A stretch of 63,961 nucleotides of DNA, the filler included, from Reticulomyxa filosa (lineage: Eukaryota > Protista > Foraminifera), in NCBI GenBank assembly GCA_000512085.1. It is 17 parts of 17 records of this genome, joined end to end, with 100 filler letters (N's around TTAATTAATTAA, not from the genome) between each part and the next. Parts side by side here need not be neighbours in the genome. Positions count along the whole stretch, not along the records: positions 52,813 to 58,121 come from ASPP01021810.1; positions 58,222 to 62,812 come from ASPP01024130.1; positions 62,913 to 63,961 come from ASPP01034129.1; 14 more parts are not named here. One strand, written 5' to 3'. Both the position numbers and the translations under genes were made by a program. Shown here piece after piece: positions 52,813 through 63,157 of the stretch (positions are counted from its first letter, which is position 1; each line of letters begins with the position of its first letter). Under the pieces are notes generated by a model, which was not told the origin of the DNA, ran no database searches, and saw only the letters and a list, made by a program, of their open reading frames with translations.

Positions 52813-54821
52813 ACAGCAACAGCAACAGCAACAGCAACAGTGATAGTGGTAATAAGAATGAGAAATGGATCATTAAAGATTTGCTGTGTCAGCCAATGTT
52901 GGACGAAAACACAAGCACTAACAATAGCAACAGTAATAAGGATGATAGTAATGAAAAAGAGATGTATGCGTCATTGCAAATAATTCACAAAAGCTTTTTA
53001 TATTTGGGCGATTTGAGCCGATACGAGACAATGTATGTGAAGAAGGACGACAATTGGGAAGGGTCATATCGCAACTACGAGTTATCTCGACAGTTGATGC
53101 CATCACAAGGGAACCCACATAACCAAAAGGCGGTATTGGCGACATATGAAAAGGACACAATGTCGGCGATTTACGAGTACGTGTTGAGTGTGTCTGTCAG
53201 TCATCCGTTTCAAACGTCACAAGACAACTTGAAATTGCTTTTACAAAACCACTTGAAACGGTTCTTACAGCACGTGGACGCGGTTAAGTCTTTGCAAGTG
53301 GTTAAGCTCACTTGCATGACCAAGTCCAAGCATTGGCGCGATCTGGAATACTATGTCATCGTCATCTTCGCCGCCCTCTGCACCTACCACGAGGCCTATC
53401 TGTCCATCGTCACCGAGTTGCAAGACTTGGTCTTGGCCAAGCTGCGCAAGCTCTTGTTTCAATCCAAAGATCGCTCCGTCGACGCCGAGTCTGTATCTAC
53501 TGATTCCGCCGACTATTTTATGGGTGGAAGAGATGAGTTTGTCAAGCATATTGTTACCATTCAACAACAACATGAACAACAACAACAACATGAAGACCGG
53601 TCGGATACGCATACACATCAATGCGATTTTGCGTCGGATGAAAAAGTGCAAAAAAATGTGGTCGACTTGAGCATGGCGATCACCATTTGCAGTTTGCACT
53701 TTTTGCAACAATGCTTTCATTCGAACTCGAAGCAAGGGGTGTTGGAAGCCAACGCCTGGATGCTGTCGCTCGTATCGACGATGATGGAATGTGTGTCGAC
53801 CGATCACCTCACCTTGCTCCCCGCCATCAGCGTCGCCTGCCAATGGCTGCGCACACACTTTTGCTTTATCGTGCCCGACATGGCCATGTCCCCGTGGGCC
53901 GCCATTCATCTCAAGCCAACGCATCTGGCCTCGCACAATGAGTTCTTTTCTCAATTGGCAAACATGCTCAATGTATTGGCCGAGTGTCAGTTTCAAACCA
54001 AGATCGACCGTGACCGCTTTCAGCAATTGCAATCACAATCTCAATTGCAATCACAATCGCACACGAGAAAATTACTACCTGAAGAGCATGCTCTATTCGA
54101 CACACAGTATGTAATGTCCATGCATGGGAATGCTACGAATACTGTTGACCCTTTGGCTTTTTTCGAACATCGCAGAAAACAGTACGTATCCTCCTCCTCC
54201 TCCTCCTCTCTCATTACTACTCATCATTTCGATCCTTTATCTTCTTCTTCTTCTTCTTCTTCTTCGTTGTTGTTATCGTCGCAGGTAGATTTGACCGTGG
54301 ATGAAATGAACTACTGTCGGTATCAGAAGATCATGTCGCTGGTCGAATTGGCATGCGTCCAAAAACCAGGCATTTTGTTGTGTGAAAGTGGCGTTTGGTC
54401 CGCCAACCGCTTGTTGACCGTTGAAAACCAAGAGGAAATCAGCCAAACTACCAAATACTTGGCTGCGATGCATTCTTCATACAACACTACTACTACTACT
54501 GCTGCTATTACTAATAATAATAATAATAGTAATAATGTTACATGCTCCCCGCACTCCTATGCACTGGCTCCCCGTTCACAGTCTCCTCCCAATACTAGTG
54601 CTTGGCCTCTGCCCATGGGTGAGCGCTCGCATCATTCGTATGTATGCACTGGCATTCATTCGCACTCGTCGCACTCACCACACTCGCCTGACGTCGCGTA
54701 CAGACACAAGGCTTCGTCGCCGTTTTGGTCCAATTCTAGCATTCCTTCCCTCACACTCACCCCCAATCCCAAAGAAAACGCTCCCACTTTAGACTTTGAA
54801 CGGGTCGTCGGACGGACTTAA
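52813..54821 (+). CDS. EST1/SMG5-6-7 family protein (14-3-3-like TPR/EST1 domain), 5'-truncated, no PIN domain seen
   Basis: 'FLYLGDLSRY', 'PSQGNPHNQKAVLA', 'AIYEYVLSVSVSHPFQTSQDNL', and later 'LLPEE' and 'R...I' motifs. Confidence 0.85.
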
Positions 54822-55333
54822 AGACAATAAGAAATGAGAATGAGAGAGAGAGAAAGAGACTGGTGTTGTGCTTTTATTTTTTTATTTTTTTTTTTTGTTA
54901 TTTTGATGACTGATTCGGGGAAGTCATCTTCATTGTATGATGTGTTTACTTTTTGCTTTGTTTTTAATGTTTGTGTGCGTGTTGCGTGTTTGCTTGTGGT
55001 TGTGGTTTGTCTTTTTATTGTCTCACTTGAGAACGGTCGTAGGCGGGGCAAGGTTGTGATAGTCAAATTTTTTGCCCTTTGTTCTTTTTCTTCTCTTCCA
55101 CAGTTCATAGCATTCTTTTTTCTTTTTTATTTTATTCGCATTTTTATCTTTGCATTCATTAAAATAAAAAAAGGAAATGTTAAAAAAAAAAATCAACCAG
55201 TTCTATTTTTTGTGGTTCAAATTGAAGTTTCGTAAAAATAATACGGCTCTACCAATATTTAATCTCTAACATATTGTAGTCTCTTTTCCAAAAAATAAAA
55301 ACTTAATCAGTCAATAAGTGGTAGATAAACGAA

Positions 55334-56699
55334 ATGTGTATTGGGACTTTGCTGGCGTCCTGCTGTGCAACATGTTTTGTGAACTGTTGTTGCTCAGGAC
55401 TTAAAGAATGCAACGCGAAGCGTGGACCAGCGTCTCGCATTCCTTACATCTTTATAATGTTTGTGGCGTGTGTATTCAGTGTGGTGATGACATTGTACGG
55501 GGAGAAGCAACTGTATTCGAACTCGCTGCTGAATACGTCATTGAAGGTATGTAACAAAAGCAGTTGCGAAGGAAACGGGGTCGTATATCGTACCTCGTTT
55601 GCATTGGCATTATTTTTCATAATCCATGCCATTTTGGTTCGAGCGTTTATGGCATTCCATTGGATGTTTTTAATCATAAAACTGCTATGTTTGTCGTGCT
55701 TTTTGGTCGGATCGTTTTGGTTTCCAAACAACTTTTACCAAGGCTATGCCGAATTTGCGAGAGTGGCATCGGTAATATTTTTTAGTCCTCCAAGTGTTGG
55801 TGTTGGTGAACTGGGCATGGGACGTGAGTGACAACGTGTTGGCAAAGTTGGAAACATTGGAATCGGAGAAATCGGAAGAAAATGATAACAAATGTAAAAT
55901 CGGATGTTATCAGATGATGTTGGTTGTGGCCACGTTGTTTTTAATAGGCGCCATGATCACTCTCTGGGCATTGATGTTTGTCTGGTTTGGCAAGACAGGA
56001 TGCACGACCAGCAAAGTATTGATCTCTCTCACCATTATCGCCGCCGTGGCCTTGTTTATAATCTCCGTCTCCGTTCAACATGGCAGCATCTTCGTCACTG
56101 GCATCGTCACGTTATATGGCTCGTATCTGTGTTACAACGGCTTGCAGTCCAGACCGCAAGAGTCGTGCAATGCATTTGCCGGCGAAAAGAACACGCTCAA
56201 CTTATGGCTCGGCATCTTGATCACGGCTGCCGCTTTGTCGTATGCCGGCTTTTCGGTTGCCAGTTCCACCAACAAAGTCATCAAACAAAGCACGGATGAG
56301 TCTGGAGTCGATTTGAAGGTGAAAAAGGAGGTGAAGGATAAAGAGGATAAGGATGACACTGCAGATGCCGAGGATGTTGGCAAGTCCAATTATGACGACT
56401 TGGATGATGATGAAGATAAAAAACCTAAGAAAAGCTTGAGTGGAGAGGTCCTCAGCGAAGATGACCTCCATGAACGAAGACACAATGTCATCTTCCATAT
56501 TTGCATGGCCTTTGCTTCTATTTACATTTCCATGCTTTACACCAACTGGGCCACCGATACTGCCAGCTCCACTCGAACTAGTGGCAGAGGAGATATCAGC
56601 TTGGGAGTTAACATTGCCGCTGAGTGGCTGAGTTTCCTTTTATATTTCTGGACTTTGATCGCCCCCTCTGTTTGCTCAAACCGAAGTTTTGACCAATGA
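55334..56699 (+). CDS. SERINC/TDE (serine incorporator) membrane protein; one frameshift in the T6 run at 55778-55783
   Basis: Cys-rich N-terminus, 'CEGNGVVYRTSFALALFF', 'F(L)VLQVLVLVNWAW', 'FHICMAFASIYISMLYTNW', 'LYFWTLIAPSVCSNRSF'. Confidence 0.93.
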
Positions 56700-57739
56700 T
56701 GCCGAAACTTCCTTTCTATGCTTTTTTTTTTTCCGAAGGAATAATTTCTCTTGTTAATTTTCTCTTTAGTTTTGAGCTTTTTCTGTGAACATGATTGTCC
56801 AATCGGACCGAACAAAGACTTTTGTAAATCGATAATCTTTTTTTTTAAATTGCAAGTAATATATTGTTGTTGAAAGAAATCAATATTACGCCTCTACGAT
56901 ACAAGCACACTACACTCGGTACGTACAGTTTTCCAGTCAATTTCTTTGTACAAATTTTAAACTTTTTTCCCTTCCATGCGACATGGCATCGACAGAATGT
57001 CTACTTTACAAAAAACAATCTCCTTCATATACTTGAACACCAAGCGTTACGTAGGGTAAGGCGTTCACTTTTTTGGAAGGGCTTTCGCGTCATGAACCAG
57101 CTTTTCACGCCAGTGAGGTAGAAAACGTTGATTCTGTATTATACGACCACAGTATGTTTCCAACAGCGGCAATACCAAAAACAACAAACGACCACACTTT
57201 AGCAACTTGTTTTTATCACGTCGCGCAAGGCGTCAAATATTCATAACGTGTGCAAAAAATGGCATATATTGAAACTACTGTGTGTCACAACGTGAGGTGA
57301 AGCAACCAACAGCGGTTATTTGGACAATTGATCACTTGGGCATAAGTGTCTGAAATGAAAAGGACAAGGTCGGCGTGTGCTGTATGCGCTGCGAGCATAA
57401 TCAGTTCAGTCACAAAAAAAGTGACAAATCAATATGGACATCTTGAGCAAATGCTCGACGCGCTACTATCAAACCACCTACAATTCAAGCGCACAAATAA
57501 TCACAAAATGGACAACACTTACAGGCAAAGCTTCGCGCATGTAATGAACTGGAAAAAGGGGTGTTCAAAAACGAACATGCGACAAATTGATGTGATGACA
57601 AGAGACCAACAGCTGATCGATAGAATTTGTTTTTCTGGAATAGCAAAGATCAAATCAATGTTCGCATTATCATTATAATACTAAGTATGTTTGTAAAAAT
57701 ATATTTTTTCCTAAGAGTAGTCAATGATTGTTTTTTTTT

Positions 57740-58046
57740 TAACGGTGGCTGGAATCGAACCAACTTCTCCACTTAAAAAAAAAAAAAAATTGCACAAAAA
57801 CCCCACATTGAAGATATTGCTATCTTCAATATGAAATAAATGTGTGCCCACATCGAGGGTAAGTGTAAATAAACCCACTGCGACTTAAATTTAGTTACAC
57901 TTAACGCACCCCCTCGACATGGACCAACCTAGTAACTCTTTTGAAGTTACTCCACTCCCCCGAACTCCAGGCAACCCTGAAGCCCTGAGAGTGGATGGTC
58001 CTAATTTTTTTTTTTTCGGTGGACTTTACCATTAAGTTACACCGCT
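57740..58046 (-). ncRNA. tRNA-shelled structured RNA (tRNA with a large insert in the anticodon loop; possibly an interrupted tRNA-Lys(UUU))
   Basis: Acceptor stem AGCGGTG/CACCGTT plus A73. D-arm ACTT-AATGGTA-AAGT. T-arm GTTGG-TTCGATT-CCAGC. CCAC/GTGG stem continues into A12TT/AAT15 and a multibranch domain. Many G-U pairs work only on the minus strand. Confidence 0.75.
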
Positions 58047-58221
58047 TTTAGTACACTTTTTTAAATTTACTTTTGTGTTTTTTTTTTTTTTTGTGCAAAA
58101 GGTCAGACACGCAAACAAACGNNNNNNNNNNNNNNNNNNNNNNNNNNNNNNNNNNNNNNNNNNNNTTAATTAATTAANNNNNNNNNNNNNNNNNNNNNNN
58201 NNNNNNNNNNNNNNNNNNNNN

Positions 58222-58675
58222 ACTGCATACCGCAGGTTTCCCCTTGTATAATTGTGTACCCTTTTTTTTTTTTTTTTTTTTTTTGGATTTGCATTGACAC
58301 CTTCGACAGACTGGATCTTGGACCCTCGAACAAATAGTCCATACTTCGACTCGCATTTGAAAAAACGGGTTCCTACCACTGATCCATTGCTACGTCCTTT
58401 TGGTTCCGTTAATTCTACTCCGTAGTAGTGGCCTTTACGCTCTGGAAGTTCTCCAACGTATCGGATAGTCCCGTGCAATCCCTTCAATAATATCACCTTT
58501 TTTTTTACGCATATACACACACACACACGCCCAAATTAAAAATTGTTCCAATGTATCGCGTTGCGGTCATTTCGATTGTCTCTTTACAGTTGTAACACAA
58601 TTCAACTTTGTCTTCTATCGTCATTGTGTCGTCGGGGACATTTGTATCCTCACATGATTCTTGATTACTTGTCAT
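58222..58675 (-). CDS. CAP-Gly domain protein, N-terminal part
   Basis: 'GTIRYVGELPERKGHYYGVELTEPKGRSNGSVVGTRFFKCESKYGLFVR'. Confidence 0.92.
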
Positions 58676-59128
58676 ATTGTATCACTCAAGAAAAAGTGTT
58701 TCTTGATAAATATAACTGAAAGGATTGAATAAATGTCCAATAACAAAATTATATCGAAAAAAGGTCAAAGATCAAAAATTCCTTAGTTTGTCGTGCCCAG
58801 ATTGGGAGGTTTTTGTAGACAAGCATTAAAATAGGATTTTAATATAAACTGCAAGAAAGTTTATTTTTTCAGGTTGTATCTTTAATTTTGAAATATAGGA
58901 TTTTATTACCAAAAAAAAAAAAAAAGATAAATAATAGTTGTGTAAATAATTATTTCATTAACATATGAGCAATATCAAGTTATAAGCTGTCGATAGAGAC
59001 GAGAATAATCAAAAAAAAGAAATTTTTTTACTTTGAGAATAGAATTGGTAAGTGATGAAAACAATAAGATAAAGAGACAATTTGAGTGAATTTTATATGA
59101 ATGCGAAACATAGATGACAGTAATGTCA

Positions 59129-60445
59129 TTACTGTGAGGTTTGTTTACTATCTGGCAAGGACATCTCCTCGTCCACAGGGTTTTGAGAAGACTCATTGTT
59201 TTGTTTGTTTGGCTCATGTTCCGTTTTGGCTTTGGCTTTGGCGTCTTTTCTCTTTTGAATCCGTAGCAAACGCTTTTGATGTTTTTTGCTAACATTGGGA
59301 GGATTGAGATGTTGAGATGAGGACATTGGAGCATCTTGATGCCGATCATCAGTTGTTGCACCAACTTCATGGTCACATTTTTGTTCGACAGCAGCAGTAG
59401 CAGAAGCATCATTATTACGTGGGACGTCAATGTTTCTGATAATCTCTTGGGCATTGTGTTTGGAGGGACATTGCAGCGAGATATTTGGCAAGTCTCGGAG
59501 ATGTCGATACTTTTGAAGAAACTGCATACGAGGTAGTTCGATGCCCCCAAGTGCAACTTTATAATCCATGGTCATACCCAAATCCCATAATTGAAATCCA
59601 CACTTTTGTAAAAGTTTTCCAAGGCCAGCCAATTGAACAGTACCACATCCACTGTATCTCGATCTTGTTTTTTTACTTTTCAAAATGGATATATTATTAT
59701 TATTATTATTATTATTATCTTGAGTATCGTCTTTAACAACAAAACCAGTCAAACTGGTATAAATGCTTCCTACGCTACTGCCAAGTTCACCGGCAACCAG
59801 TTTGCCGGTTTGAACGTCCCAAAGTTCGACGGAGTGGACTTTGACGCCATTGAATTCTTTGGTGCCGCCTTTGAGGAACAGATAATACAACATGCCTTGC
59901 ATGGGAGGGTACAGCCAGCTTATGCCGTGCTGCTTCAGACAGCCTTTGCACACGTCCACAAAGGCCTGGTCGACTGTGATTGCATACTTGGAAGCACGTT
60001 TGACCGCATGTTTGGAAATGATCAATGCCCCGGTCAATTGGCTTCGCAGGCGCTCACATTCGATTTCGTTTTTGCTTTTCTTGTTATATCTTCGTTGTCA
60101 CGTTTCGTTCTCTGTTTCCTCGACTCTGATTGTCTTCGCTTCCTTTCCTTCTCGTCTTTCGCCGCTGCTTTTAACAGCTCGATCGATAGCACTTTGTCTG
60201 GCCTCTTTTCGCACGTCAAATCGATCACGCATCTCTTTTGGTGCAACTTGGGCAGCAGCACGTACAGTCCATCCGCTACCTCTGATGCTATGCTTAAGAA
60301 GCCTTCATAGATCAATTGCGATACAAATATCGGGTTCCAGTCCAATGACCAACAAAAATCTGCTGCTTCTCCGGCTTTGGTTTTTATTTGCATTTTTCGT
60401 TTTGATTGATTTGTAATATATACATATATATATATATATCTTTTT

Positions 60446-60477
<32 letters not shown>

Positions 60478-60823
60478 GTTCATAGTATGTCCCTTTTTTT
60501 AACTTTTACTCTCTCTCTTTTCTAATAACGACACAATCTGTTTACATTCTTCGGAAATCCGTCCCTTGCTGACATGTGCTGGTATGACAAATGTTGTGCT
60601 AGCTGCGCTTCCAGATATGACAACATCCCTTGCGGAATTATACCTAGTTTTGTTAGAACATTAGTATCAACGTTCTATCCTTCTTTTTTTTTTTTATAAA
60701 TGGACAAAGACAACTTTCACCTGAGACGACTGGCTTCCATGCTCCAGGTGCTTTGTCATACCCTTCCTCTTCTTCCTCCTCTTCTTCTTCTTCTTCCGGG
60801 TTGATTGATTTTTTTTGGGACAT
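59129..60823 (-). CDS. Leucyl/phenylalanyl-tRNA-protein transferase (Aat)-like aminoacyl transferase, eukaryotic intron-containing form; one frameshift at about 60035-60097
   Basis: 'LIYEGFL...LLPKLH.KRCV', 'ITVDQAFVDVCKGC...SWL', 'HSVELWD...LVAGELG..VGSIYTSLTGF', 'GTVQL..L...L...GFQLWDLG...YKVALG'. Confidence 0.88.
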
Positions 60824-61495
60824 GATTGCCAAGCTCAAGATGCCCACACCCAAATAAGGGGACTTTTAGGAAACTCGTTCTTGCAAAGCTCTAACAAAAA
60901 ACGTAGTGCTCAGGGTTCAATCATATTTGCTACCACTTTTTTGGTACTAATAGTTTTTTTATTTTGATTTCTGCTTGTCTGAAATCATTTTTTTACTGCT
61001 TGTCTGAAATAATCTTTTTACTGCTTAAGATTGCACAATAAAGAAATTCTAAATTAACTAACTTTGACACGTATTGTCTTTGTTTATTATTGTTGTTTTG
61101 TTATACGAGCATCCAACGTAAAAAATATCAAAATTTAATCGAGCAGGCAAAGCAAATTTCATTATAAAACGCCATATAAAAATAAACAAGTAAAATTTCG
61201 ATTGCAACTTGTTGTGTTGAAGGGAGAAAGAAAAAAAAATTAGAATCAGCAAGCAATAAAACTGCCAAAGTTAAGTTTTCATGTAAAATGGTTGAAAAAA
61301 TTGCAAAAACAAGTGAAATTTTTATTTTTGGTTTGCATGTTGTCATTGGCTTTCGTGTCCTCCCAAAGACTTTGCCAAACCTCAAAAAACTGGCTTTTCA
61401 TCAAATCCAAGCACAATAAAAAACAGAAAAGTGGTGGGTGGTGGTGAACACATACAGACGTTTCTCCAATAGAGAAAGACAGAAGAAAAGAAATT

Positions 61496-62624
61496 ATGGA
61501 CACCACAGTCATTATTATATTAATTGTGTTAAGTGCATGCACAAAGGAGAGAAAAAAAGAAAGCGACATTGAGAAAATGCTGTAGTTCATGTGACGAATA
61601 AAAAAAGTGAACAAAAAACATGGAAGCAATTTAAAAGACTACATTGAAGACATTTTGTTCCATAAAAGCAACTTTTTTTTAATTTTAAAAATATGACAAA
61701 GCAAAGGGGAAGGAGCGGAGGAAAAAAAAATTGTGTATATGTGTACGTGTAATGAGTATTTTTTTTCCGCCCCTCTCTTTTCCGAAACTATACAAAAAAC
61801 GAAAAAAAAAAAATTATTTTTGGGTGGATCAGAGTAGTGCACATACACCACACTTTTTTAAAAAAAAAAAATGCAGCGTATTAGGCAGTTTTGTATTGTT
61901 CCTAATTGCCCTTGTAGGGTACAAGTTGTATCAGCGACGACAACAGAGAAATAAACCGAATGCAATCGAAGACAAAAAAAATACAAATCTACAAAAAAAT
62001 AAAACAAAATCTCCACAAAATGATATCGAAAATCCTTCACGCGAAGGTAATGCAAATGGAACAAATCACACAACGACAACGACAACGACAACAACAACAA
62101 CAGCTCCAACCACAGCTACAACAGCGACCACTACAGCTGCAACATCGACAGCAGACACGACCACAGCAAAACAACCGACAGATCGCAGACATAGCAATAG
62201 CAAAAGTGGCACAAAAAAATCGAATGATGTTGAACCAAATTCAAACGGAGCTCTGAAAGATATTCCAACAGATAACCGCTCTCGAAGTAATAGTCCATCT
62301 CCTGTAAAAAAAATCAACAACAAACACAACAGCAATGCATATGATTCAAATGACGACAAACAAAACAGTTCTGACAAACATGACAATTCTTCTAACTCTC
62401 CTGAAAATACTCACGAACATGAAGCCAATGCACCGTTCCAAGCCCCTTTCGTAGAACGGCACTTAAGTGAAAGCAGTATCGACAGTAGTCATATTCCGTC
62501 ACGAGCTTATCACATTAAAATTACTACACCAGGAGGAACCAACTATGAAGCTGATTCATATGGACAATTTGAAAAAAGTCATGTCACTGGTGATGACTCA
62601 AACACAGCCGGTCTTGGTGCATAA
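61496..62624 (+). CDS. Single-pass membrane protein (N-terminal TM, Thr/Ser/Asn-rich disordered tail), 2 exons
   Basis: Splicing GT|gttaag...cag|C gives MDTTVIIILIVVLGSFVLFLIALVGYKLYQRRQQR followed by a low-complexity tail. Confidence 0.6.
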
Positions 62625-63157
62625 ATGAGTAATTCATATAATGCTATCATTTTTCTTTTCTTTTTCCACTTCCCCCCCCTTCCTCCTTCTATCCCATACC
62701 TTTTCTTTCCGAGATTGGGGGACAAAGAGAAGAGTGTAGATAATGGTGTGTTATGAATGGTTGTTTTTTTTTTTTTTTTAGTATTACAAAGCTTGCTTAT
62801 TGCGGAGTGTTTNNNNNNNNNNNNNNNNNNNNNNNNNNNNNNNNNNNNNNNNNNNNTTAATTAATTAANNNNNNNNNNNNNNNNNNNNNNNNNNNNNNNN
62901 NNNNNNNNNNNNCGTTCCGCTGGCGGATGCCTTCGGCCTCCGCATTTTGAATGTTAAAAACTTTCTTTTTCGCCATTTTGCCATGTGAGATGTATTTGGA
63001 CATTTGTCCCTTCCCTAAGACTTAGGATATATATTTTTTTTTTCCCCTCTCTTCATTCTGCTGTGACATATTGTTATTCTTAAGAATAATAAAAAATAAA
63101 ATTAATAACAATATCAACCCCCAAATTAACAAAACCAAATCAAAATAAATTTGAAAT

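Noticed and set aside
55772-55785. Programmed -1 frameshift at T TTT TTA, or a 14-nt GT-AG micro-intron in SERINC
   Set aside because: Restoring the frame needs +1, not -1, and removing the 14 nt gives the wrong phase. One extra T explains it.
57740-58046. Identification as tmRNA, telomerase RNA, U1 snRNA or a group I/II intron
   Set aside because: No G3-U70 or clear resume/tag frame; no CTAACCCT-type template on the folding strand; ACTTACC is buried in a helix; no P7/omega-G or GUGYG/domain V motifs seen.
2187-62912. Recurring TTAATTAATTAA palindromes as a repeat array or CRISPR
   Set aside because: Always centred in a fixed 100-nt N spacer; an assembly-concatenation linker.
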